A model generated the notes under the pieces. It searched no databases. It was given only the letters and a program-made list of their open reading frames with translations, and was not told the origin of the DNA. 64,000 nt of DNA from Octopus bimaculoides (Eukaryota), in assembly GCF_001194135.2 (NCBI RefSeq), contig NC_068982.1:174659727-174723726 (forward strand). Direction: 5' to 3'. Position 1 is the first letter of the stretch; the number at the start of each line of letters is the position of its first letter. The translations under genes were made by a program, and so were the position numbers. This document shows positions 1 to 10,815 of the stretch, piece by piece.

Positions 1-299
1 CTTCCAGGTTAGATCCCATTGCGTAGCAAATTGAACATGTGTCTTCTGCCATAACCATGAGCTGATCAATAACTTGTGAGTAGGATTTGGTTGATGGAAA
101 CTGTGCAGAAGCCTGTTATGTATGTGCAATAAATATCAGTAAAAAATCTAAACATTGACAAATCAGTGCTGAGTTACAGATACCCCCTTGTTGCTTTCAC
201 TGTGAGATATGCAGAGAACCAGCCATTGGCTCATTGGAATCAGGGATTAGTACTTTCGTAACCAATAATACTATTATCCATAAATTGTGTAATAAAAAA

Positions 300-690
300 A
301 CTATATCCTGGACTCTATTGCTGTTACATGTACAAACATCCTGGACTGCATCCACCAGAAGGCTATCCGATTCATTGGCAAACATTCACTTACTAATATA
401 CTGCAATCAATAGCTCACTTACACACAATTTCTTCCTTGTGTTACTTCTATCACTCCTGCAACTGTGTCTATTTCTATCAGCTAATTATCTCTACTTAGA
501 TCACTTGACAAAAGTCTATCTTCCTACTGTGATCCACCCACCAGATGCTTTGCTAAACACTTTGCTCAATCATTCCTTTTTAGAACTGAAACCTTAAGAA
601 ATTCTCTTTTCATCCACATTTTTCTCTAAAACCATTAATCTATTGATATTTGAAAAGGAACATGAAATACATTGATTTCACCAGCCTGGG
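300..690 (+). mobile_element. Decayed LINE ORF2 C-terminus (CR1/L2/Crack-like)
   Basis: Interrupted translation ILDCIHQKAIRFIGKHSLTNILQSIAHL..SLCYFY..SFLFRT..LRNSL resembles the LDRIQRKAIRLI..SFFPRT.RLWNSLP end of these LINEs; stops and frameshifts present. Confidence 0.55.
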
Positions 691-738
691 AGTCCTTGCA
701 AAAGTAATGGCATTGCTCCTTTTGGTGTGAGTAGTGGT

Positions 739-1157
739 CAGGTGCAGGCATGGTTGTGTGGTTAAGAAACTTACTTCGCAACCATTTGGTCATGAGTTCA
801 GTCTCACTGCACAGTACCTTGGGCAAGTGTCTTTTACTCTAGCCATTTGGCTGACCAAAGCCTTGTACATGGACTTGATAGATGGAAAATGAAAGACTGT
901 CATACGTGTGCGTGTGTGTGTTTAGTGTACTCTTCTCTAGACATCATATGATGGTTATAAATGAGCATCATCATCATGGAAGCAAGGCTGTCTATTTCCC
1001 ATCTTCCATGAAAAACATGTCTGGCCATGGGGAAATATAACCTTACTTGGGAACAGGTGAGAGATGACAACAGGAAGGGCATCCAGCTGTAGATGCCTCA
1101 ACAGATTCTGTCTGATCCATACAAGTCTGTAAAACTGGTTGTTAAATGATGATGATG
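739..1157 (+). mobile_element. tRNA-headed, CORE-like SINE with RTE-type 3' end
   Basis: Head TGGTTGTGTGGTTAAG..GAGTTCAGTCTC, core CCTTGGGCAAGTGTCTT, central (TG)n, then GGAAGGGCATCCAGCTGTAGA and a (GAT)n tail shared with the RTE 3' ends in this window. Confidence 0.75.
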
Positions 1158-2224
1158 ACTGTACTGACTAGTAATTACTTCATTGCCCCCCAGATAGATG
1201 AAAGGTAATGTTAGCATCAGTGATATTTGAACTCAGTATATAAAGTGATTTAATTAAATACGGTAAAGCAATTAATTTGGATATTTATTGTTTCTGCCAC
1301 TTATGTCCTTGAAACAACCAATAATAACGAGAAAAAAGAAGCAAAGAGATTTTAATTAAATTATGCTTTCTTATATGTGAAAGCTATCGCATTGATGATG
1401 ATGATTACATTCATCATATGTCTAATAATATCCACAGCAATATTTAAAGTTAAGATAATGGTACTGAAATTACTAATGTAATACCAGTGCTGTATCACTT
1501 GTAGAAATAATGACAAGTTACAACTACACATGGTTTATAGCATTGTTGAAACAATAGCTATTGTATGATCCTTTATGGTTTCCCTCATTCAAAGACATAG
1601 TATTAAATAGCTTTTTAATTAGTTTAGCAAGCTTTTCATTTTTCTTTTGTAATTCTATTGTTACCTCTTTCTCCCTGTTGTTTCTCTCATCCTTTCACAA
1701 ATATACATGAAGTATATGTGTGCATTTCAGTGAGTATAGATGCATGTATGTGTTTGTGTGTTTAAGTGTGTAGTGTTAGAAAGATTACTGTTGTTATTTA
1801 AACACAGACATACACAGCAGGCATGTTGTGGTGTAACTGGTAATACAGTTTCCCAGAATGCAATAAATACAAGGCTCAATCACATGTTCCTTTACTTTGC
1901 TATATCAAAATTTTAGCTGTAAATTTATAATTATTCATATTCTTGCAGTTAAGGAATTAATTCCGGTCATAAACATTGAGCTGAATTATGGTACTTCTGC
2001 TGTGTTAGGAGTAGATGACCCTGTCTTCAAGATGGGTGTAGGGAACTATAAAATATCCTTGAACAAAATGGAATATATGATGAAGAAGTATTAGTTTCTG
2101 TCTGTAAATCAGGCAGGTGTTCTGTGGAGTAACTGAAAATGCAGGTCACCTGGAATACAGTAGATATGTGGTTCGAATCTGTTGAAAGGCCCTTTAGTGC
2201 TTAAATTGTCTTCGTTATATATAT

Positions 2225-2400
2225 ATAATCAATCCAAACAAGAACAAGCAAGAAAAAACAACAATGCGAGGACGTGGAACAAGTACTGTGTTATTGGACG
2301 CTCAGGAAAGGAAAGAAAAGAAAGGGGGTTTCACGTTTCGAGCAGAGCTCTTCATCAGAAATATAGAAAAAAGTCCAAAGAAGGGAAGACGAAGAAAGAA
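2225..2400. mobile_element. Possible Penelope-like terminal-repeat remnant
   Basis: ACGTTTCGAGCAGAGCTCTTCATCAGAAA in a purine-rich context; related motif near 44880-44915. Assignment from memory only. Confidence 0.35.
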
Positions 2401-3123
2401 AATTGCCAAGGATTCACATGCTGATATATAGTGTGTGTGTGGATGCATGTATCATCAACATTGTTAAGTGTCTATTTTTCATGCTGGCATGGGCTGGATT
2501 GACAGGATTTGATGAGCTGGTTCTGGGGTGGAACACTCTGCATATCACCATTGGCAAGTGTCATTTGCTGTAGTAGTCTCAGAATGGAAACTAGAATAGG
2601 CCCTGTGCGCGTTTATGCATGCAGGGGCGTGCAAGCATGGAGAAGTAGGTTTTATAATGATGTTATCTGGTTATTTACAAGAAACAAATACATTCCTATG
2701 TTAGTAGATATACTTTGTTATTCCTGTTTCTACTAAACACGGTAGGAGTGGTGTGCTTGACTCCCTCTTATTGTCTGAAACCTATTCTAAGTCTTATTAA
2801 ATAAAACCATCTGAGGCATTTATTTTTATTCACATAGCATGCATACAGGAAACACCACTTGATACATGAATTGATAAAATGTGTGCGTGTGTATTTATAT
2901 AGTTATATTTATTTTTTAAGGAAATTCCTTGATGCAAATTCAACTTAATTCAGCTTCACTGAGGTAACTTTTGCCACATTTATTGTTGATTACTTATTTT
3001 TTTTTAGGTATTTATACTGTTCTCCGAGTTTCCTACCCTCTTTGCTATTTCATATAGTGCAATTGTTCATTCATTTTATGTCCATTTTCCCATGTTAAGA
3101 TGGGGAAAAGACAAATACACATT

Positions 3124-3475
3124 ATTGAGCGTGGCCGACCATTTTGAGCATGGCCGTTGCCAGTACTGCCTGACTGGCTCCTGTAGGATTTTCGAGCGAG
3201 ATCGTTGCCAGTGCCCCTGGACTGGCTTGTGCGGGTGGCACATAAAAGACACCATTTCGAGCGTGGCCGTTTTCGTGCGGGTGACACGTAAAAGCACCCA
3301 CTACACTCTCTGAGTGGTTGGCGTTAGGAAGGGCATCCAGCTGTAGAAACTCTGCCAAATCAGACTGGAGCCTGGTGTTGTCATCCGGTTTCACCAGTCC
3401 TCAGTCAAATCGTCCAACCCATGCTAGCATGGAAAGCGGACGTTAAACGATGATGATGATGATGATGATGATGAT
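3124..3475 (+). mobile_element. RTE LINE 3' UTR/tail, young 5'-truncated copy
   Basis: AAAAGCACCCACTACACTCTCTGAGTGGTTGGCGTTAGGAAGGGCATCC...CCATGCTAGCATGGAAAGCGGACGTTAAAC then (GAT)n; CpG-rich; about 96% identical to 54485-54663 by my count (7 differences in ~180 bp). Confidence 0.9.
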
Positions 3476-3747
3476 TGAAGCATTCTTTTACATCCAGATG
3501 TCCTTCATATTGCTGAACATCATCTGTTTTTCACATACAGGATATATACAGATAAGTAGATATATACAGATAAGTAGATATAAAAAAATACCCCCTTTGG
3601 TCATGAATGACCATGGGATTGCACCTAGAAAGTTCTCCTCCAAGGAACAAGTCTGGGCAAGATTGTTTTATGGAAGACCAGTTTTTGCCCATGCATACAA
3701 GCCTTTCCTCTCCATGCCACCAGTGTTATCCTAGGGAAAGGCAAAGG

Positions 3748-4121
3748 CAGGGCCACCTACCTGAAGGGATTTGTGGTTGATCTACCTTCCTACTTATTAA
3801 GACTTTGGTTTTTGCTAGATTGACTCTAAGGCCCTTCGGTTCTAGACCTTACTTCCACACCTGAAACTTCTCCCCTAGTTCTGATAGTGACTCAGCTATT
3901 AGAGCAAGGTAATCAACATAGAGAAGCTCCCAGGGGCATCCTGTCTTGAATTCCTTTGTTATTGCCTGAAGGACTATGATGAATAAGAGGGGGCTGAAGA
4001 CTTATCCTTGGTGGACCCCTACGCTTACTCAGAATTCTTCACTGTACTCATTGCCAACCCTCACCTTATTGACAGTATCCCTGTACATGGCTTGTACAGC
4101 TCTCACTAATCATCCTTCTAT
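3748..4121 (-). mobile_element. RTE LINE reverse transcriptase fragment (decayed)
   Basis: Minus-strand translation LVRAVQAMYRDTVNKVRVGNEYSEEF*VSVGVHQG*VFSPLLFIIVLQAITKEFKTGCPWELLYVDYLALIAES..GLRVNLAKTKVL, containing degenerate QGSVLSPLLF and LYADD motifs. Confidence 0.9.
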
Positions 4122-4234
4122 CCTTCTGCGTTGACCACGGGTACTTAATTTGTCAACCCCGAAGGGAGGAAAAGCAAAGTTGACATTGACGGAATTTGGA
4201 CTAAGAACATATAGACAAGCAAAGTACCACTAAG

Positions 4235-5045
4235 CACAACCTTCAAACATTGGGCCTCACCGATGCAATGACAAGTGACTGAGTCCTTTGGAGATATGCT
4301 GTACTTGAGAAGACCCGGCAAGCCAAGTGAGACCGTAACTGTGGCCTATGCCAGTGCAGCATAACCAGCCCATTTAAGAGCACCCTTCAATCGTTGGGCA
4401 TTGATGCAAGTGAAGTCGTTGTTGTGGCCGATGACAGTACCACCTGATTGGCACCCGTGTTGGCAACATATAAAAAGCACNNNNNNNNNNNNNNNNNNNN
4501 NNNNNNNNNNNNNNNNNNNNNNNNNNNNNNNNNNNNNNNNNNNNNNNNNNNNNNNNNNNNNNNNNNNNNNNNNNNNNNNNNNNNNNNNNNNNNNNNNNNN
4601 NNNNNNNNNNNNNNNNNNNNNNNNNNNNNNNNNNNNNNNNNNNNNNNNNNNNNNNNNNNNNNNNNNNNNNNNNNNNNNNNNNNNNNNNNNNNNNNNNNNN
4701 NNNNNNNNNNNNNNNNNNNNNNNNNNNNNNNNNNNNNNNNNNNNNNNNNNNNNNNNNNNNNNNNNNNNNNNNNNNNNNNNNNNNNNNNNNNNNNNNNNNN
4801 NNNNNNNNNNNNNNNNNNNNNNNNNNNNNNNNNNNNNNNAATGCCACCTCACTGGCACCTGTGCCGGTGGTATGTAAACAGCGCCCACTACACTCTTGAA
4901 GTGGTTAGCATTAGGAAGGGCATCCGGCTGTAGAAACCTTGCCAAATCAGATTGGAGCCTGGTGTAGCCTCCTGGCTTGCCAGTCCTCAGTCAAACTATC
5001 CAACCCATGCCAGCATGGAAAGCGGACATTAAACGATGATGATGT
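4235..5045 (+). mobile_element. RTE LINE 3' end (ORF C-terminus, repetitive 3' UTR, tail), spans a gap
   Basis: LQTLGLTDAMTSD*VLWRYAVLEKTRQAK* followed by a UTR matching 63040-63530 and a (GAT)n tail near 5035-5045. Confidence 0.85.
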
Positions 5046-5280
5046 TGAGAAAATTTATATAATATTATCTGTTGATGAGGTCAGTGTTATTTGTCTATTG
5101 ATTTCTCATATTGTTATCTACCCAGATTATGTAGAAGTAAGGTACAGAGTCAGTTTTATTGCTTCCACTCCACCAGTACAGACCACATAGTGATAACAAT
5201 CATATCAAGGTTGCCTTTGTTCTCACCATGTATAAAATTATAGTGCCAGTGTAAACTGCTTTATATTTCATTTTGTCTTA

Positions 5281-5500
5281 AGGTGGTGAGCTGGCAGAGC
5301 CTTTAGCCTGCCAAGCAAAATGTTTAGTGGCATTTCATCCATCTTCACATTTTAAGTTCAAATTCAGTGAAGGCTGACTTTGCTTTTCATCCTTAAGGCT
5401 CGATAAAATAAGTTCCAGTTGAGCAATGGGGTCAATGTAATCGACTTACCTCTTCCCCCGAAATTGCTGGCCTTGTGCCAAAATTTGAAACCAATATTTC
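5281..5500 (+). mobile_element. tRNA-derived SINE, family B
   Basis: GGTGGTGAGCTGGCAGA head, AGTTCAAATTC, GACTTTGCTTTTCATCC..GATAAAATAAGT core; similar copies at about 6800-7010, 20725-20900, 32740-32950, 33960-34200, 43243-43445 and 58680-59290. Confidence 0.8.
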
Positions 5501-7047
5501 ATTTTGTCTATCCATGTTCTAAGTTCAAGTTCTACCAAAGTTGAGAAACCAAGAAGTTGTCATGAAATGGAGTTAGTTCATTTAGCTATTCTACTATTCT
5601 ATTTATTGCTTTCAAATATTTAGTTTGGCTTTATCAATCAATGTAGCTGCTGTTTTTTTTATTTTTTTAAATTTTTTATGGTTGAGGTAACTAACTATAA
5701 TAAATAACTGTTTCAAATTTTGGCACAAGGCTAGAAAATTTGAAAGTAAGGGGCAAGTCGACTGCATTGGCTGCAGTACTTGACTTGTACTTTATTTTAT
5801 TGACTCTGAAAAGCATAGTTGACCTTGGTGAGATTTGAACTTAAAAAGTAAAGAGCTAGAATGTTTGATGTACTTATGGTTCCCCCAACTCATTACCTTA
5901 AACTAATAGCAATATAATGGGGTGGGGGTTAATACCATGAAGTGTACCATTTCTTTAGAAACTAAAACTTGTGCCTAAATAAAAATAAAGAATCAGTATT
6001 TGGTGAGATTAAAAAGGCCTTGTGGTATTTACAAATATTTACATTGTGATTTTGAATCCTGCTATGGTTAACTATGCTCAAATGGATAGGATAATAATAT
6101 AAGTATTATTTATGAACTGAGGGCAATCTTAATTGATAGTACTCTCCTCACTCCAAATTTAAGACAGTGTGTCTATGCTTGAAATCGATATTAGATTAGC
6201 TCAAGGCAGTAGACTAGTAGAATCAATTGAGAATTTAGCCAAATACTTTTAGGGTATTGAAATTCTGATTTATATATAAAGAATGAATATTTCAATAGAA
6301 TATGTCAGATTTTACAAAATTTTATGAAGTGAATTTATTTGTTTTGAGTAAATTTATTGTATATATAAATTCTTTATATATATAATTCTATGTATATAAT
6401 TTTGTGTATAGAAAGCCCAAAATCTTGTGTCAGAAAAGAATCCTCTTTACATATCACTATTGTCACCCCTATCATACCACTGTTGTACTTATATATGTAC
6501 TATAGCTATTTAGAGAATTGTTTAACTTTTCTGAGGTCACCCACATTTTTTTTTTCACCTTTATTACGTCATATGTTTCCATCTCTATTGTTTGGACATG
6601 ATGGAGTGAGTGAGAAGTTATGTGGCTGGTTACCTTATCCACCACCACTAATGATAGGAGAGGGTTGTGTGTTGTTTATGTTGATCACAACACATTCCTT
6701 CGTTGAGAATTTCTTTTTCATTTCAGTTAATGTAGGTCATATAAACTTTCATCTGTTAACATAACTCTCAGCTTGTATCATGAGTTGTAATTGAGTTCTT
6801 ATTTGACATAATAACTTGAAATGCTTAGTAGTATTTGGTCTGCTGTTAAGTTTTGAGTTTGAATTCCACCAAGGTTGACTTTGCCTTTCATCATTTCGGG
6901 GTCAATAAAATTAGCACCAGTTACATACTGGGTCGATGTAATCAACTTAATCCCTTCCCCCCAAATTTGTGGCTTTGTGCTTCCAGTAGAAAGGTTATTA
7001 TTATTATTGTGCCCCCTCATCCTTCGCCCTGGTGACAAATAAAAGAA

Positions 7048-7085
<38 letters not shown>

Positions 7086-7854
7086 CTATCTTACTAATGT
7101 CTCCTCATAAGTCACCCTTGTGGCAAATAAAGAAACTGATTATTATTAGTGGTAGTAGTATTGTTCTTTGCACAATAAAAAGGAAAAACAAAAATGACCG
7201 ATCATCTTGATTATGAAATTTGTCATCGAATAACAAATATATCTAAATAAACCAACTAACAAGCTTGGTGCTACCAACAATAATAAACATGGTTACCAGC
7301 TAATAAGATACTTGTCATGCAGTGAATTGACCTGTTAGAAATAATAGCAAAGCCCTACAGTCTTCACCTTACAGTCTTCAATAAAGAAAGGACACATTTG
7401 AGATTAAAAAAAAAATGATGTGAGTGCTCATAATTGGAATGCTTTTAATTAATTGACTTGAGGTTCATGAAAACTTGAGAAAGTACATGGGAAACTAAAT
7501 GGGATTCCTCCTCAGCACATTTTAAATATGGCTAGTATTTGAAATGAAAAGCTGAGGTTTAATCCAATTCTTGGTGTAATGTTGCATACAAATAATTATG
7601 CATAAATATACATGCAAATATTTCACACTCACATATGTATACATAGAGATATATGTGTATAAGTGTATGTAAGTGTCATAATTTACATGTACCATAAAAG
7701 TGTCTCATTTAGGAAGTTGGGCAATTCAAACAAATCCTATACATTATGGAAAGGCTCTGCCTTAACCTCATGGAAGTCACATTAGACTTCATAAGTCACT
7801 GCAAAGGCAATCTGTCTGGGAGAACAGTGATTCTAAATAAAACTGATAGCATGT

Positions 7855-8335
7855 AGCTGCAGATTCCTGAAGCTTTGCAGTTGTGGAGTTTCTTTAGGGT
7901 GGCACTGACTTTGTCAAGGGTGACGGGATCAAGTCTACACATGCTGGTTGTGGTTGTATCTACAGTGATGGTTAGGCTGAGATCAATTGGGACAGGTGGG
8001 TAATGAAGAAGGCTGAAGTGCTCCTGTCGCCTCATAGCTATCTATCACATGCTGGTAGGAGCATGTTCCTATGTCCCTCACTAGATCATCCTACCAGGGC
8101 TTTATTCTCATTTAACATGGCAGCTGCGAGCTGGAAGATTGGGGAAAAATCTCCAGAGGCTCAATGTCACCTTAGAGGATGCAGAGGGGCTGGCATGGGT
8201 CTGCCAGCAATGGAGAGCACTGGTGGGCTTGATTGGCTCTATGCATAATGATGTCTCTGAGATCGCTAACCTGGGATGACCCCAGCCTCATCAAGCAAGA
8301 GTATGAAGTAAGCAAAGAAGCAAGCAGCAAGCATG
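7855..8335. mobile_element. RTE-like LINE relic with an inverted 5' part
   Basis: 7855-8030 minus strand: HFSLL.YPPVPID..LDPVTLDKVSATLKKLHNCKASGIC (pre-RT linker). 8035-8335 plus strand: DHPTRALFSFN.AAA.W..GKNLQRLNVTLEDAEGLA..QQWRALVGLIGS, then a (GCAA/GTAA)-like tail. Confidence 0.7.
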
Positions 8336-10344
8336 TAGGTGAAACACTTTAATCTTGACAGACAACCTCTCTAGTGTTGATGGTTTGATTGAATTCACTC
8401 AATTTTTGCTTTAAAGTGATTGGTGATAGAGAAAAGAAAAATGTGCTGAAAATGTGACAGTCAGTGTCATATATAGAAATGAATGTGTAATATCTACTTG
8501 CATGAATGTACAAATGAGATGAAGAAAACACTGGCTATTGTAGGCATTAGTTGATTTTATAAATATAAACATGTAATGTGGCATGGACATAGCTTAGTTT
8601 TAAAATCTATGTATCAACTGTGGATGACATGTATGAAAAAGTTGCATGTGAGAATGTCGGTTTTCACAGATGAGATGAAGTTTTGAGAAGAATGGTAATA
8701 TTCAAATACTACAGATCCAGCAAACACATCCCAGCATGGAAGAATACAAACATTAAAGCAATGATATGGATGTTTATTCATCTATGTTTCCATACTAATA
8801 TGATTATGTGTTCTAATTTGACTACAGCCACTAGTTACCATCCCTTGTACAAGTAACATAACTCTACTTGCATCAGCTTTCTTTCTTGACTGACAGAATA
8901 TGTTTCACTTCTGTTCCAGCATTAATTGATTTGTGCAATGAAAAGCAATCCATGAAAATCTATCCCTCCCATGCTAGCCTAGAAAAATGGATGAAAAACA
9001 ACAAAACAATTTTTATGCACAAAAACACACATTAGTTTACGTATATAATGCATACATATATTCATCATCACCATACATCTGTTTTCCATGTTGAAAGCAT
9101 TTGTGTCATCTGGTACACTGGGTAATAGACAAATTTGTTAACTTTGTTGTTATCTATGTGTTTCAGTGTGGACTAGATGCATTTTATTGTGCCACTAGCA
9201 ATGGAGAGCTAGTCTGCAGCTAAATTAGTCCTTTTCACCCTCCTAGTCAGGTAACCTGTAATGTGACATGCAAAGTTCATGTCTCGTTCATACAGACCAT
9301 TTTAGGGAGTTATAACCTCTACAACTGGATGCTCTTCTTATCACCAAACACACTGTACCATGTACCCAGTACATTTTATTGTCATGAGTGCTTGAGACTT
9401 GGTTTCGAAAGAGTTCTACCTTGTATTAGTTGTTTTTATTTAGAGGTTCCACTCCTTTAGATTGGTAGTCTGTAGTTTGGCTTTCAGAGTTTACATTTAA
9501 TCAAATATTAAGTCAAATATACATGCAGCTGTGTGTATGTAAATACAAAAACATTACAAAATAAATGATTGTGCAGATGTCTCTTTAAGTGCCAAGTGGT
9601 TTTTGAGGGCTGATACTGATACTTCGCTCAAGCCTCTTAGTATTAAATATATTAAATAGACAGAAAACATTTTCTAGATGATGTGCTACTTTGAACAGCT
9701 GAGTGAACTAAAACAATGTAAAGAAGTGTGTGTATGTGTGTGTGTGTGTGTGTAACTAAGGTAAATAATTGCATGTTTTGCCATGTGAACAACCCAGTGA
9801 CTGTAGTAGCAAAAATGTCCAGCACTTTAAACTTGTAGCCATTGTACTATCTACCTAGCTCACAGTTATTACTTATTCATAAATTCTGTTATTTGTCATC
9901 ATTAATAATGTCAGTCTTGTTATTGAAGCAATATCCTGCTGTATCTAAGTTACAATCGCTCTCTCTGTTTGTATATCCATCTGTGTGTTTTTGATCCTTT
10001 GCCACCAGTTGCTACTAGAAACAAGCCATTGGCATCGTCATTATTAACTTTGAAACAATATTTTTCTTCTCTCTTTCTCTCCATCATTATTTATTGATAG
10101 AATGGCTACACTGATGATTTCTTAATGTAAAGATAAACTGAAGAAAACCTTAGATGCTATGAAGCAGAAGTCAAACTTTTTAACCACTTAGTTATATTTT
10201 GAAACAACTGATGCATTCCAAACATCAGTTTCTCACATCTGCTATTGTTCAAGTGAAAAATATTTTATTTTGGTTGGGTCAGTCTCTTACTACTTTGAGT
10301 TTTGCTTGTGGGTGCATAGATTCTTTTGGTAAGTTACAAAAACC

Positions 10345-10815
10345 TCAGTCTCAAATTGTAGATGGAACATGTGGATAGGATAGACCTAGGAAGATATGGG
10401 ACAAAGTATTGAGAAAGGAACTACGCATGTTGGGACTCACAAGAGGGGATGACAGGGATCGAAGCTCCAGGCAATTTGCTGTGCTTGAAATGATATTTCA
10501 AGCTAAGTAAAAGCATGGTTGTCCTTGCATACAGGCTGTTCCTTGTATCCTTCTCCAGCTGATCATTCCTAACCTTGCAGGTTTGTGGGTGCTGGCGCCA
10601 CATATAAAATACCCATGCTGGTACTGAGTAAAAGCACCCAGTACACTTTGTAAAGTGGTTGACATTAGGAAGGGCATGCAGCCATAGAAGCCATGCCAAA
10701 ATAGACATAGAGCCTGGGCAGCTCTTCAGCTGGGCAGCTCTTCAGCTGGGCAGCTCCTGTCAAACCATCCAACCTATGCCAGTGTGGAAAACATATGTTA
10801 AATGATGACGATGAT
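10345..10815 (+). mobile_element. RTE LINE 3' end, short-UTR variant
   Basis: IVDGTCG*DRPRKIWDKVLRKELRMLGLT..FAVLE, then AAAAGCACCCAGTACAC..GGAAGGGCAT..(GAT)-like tail. Confidence 0.85.

Noticed and set aside
6390-6764. 124-aa hydrophobic ORF
   Set aside because: Composition reflects AT-rich intron; no motifs.
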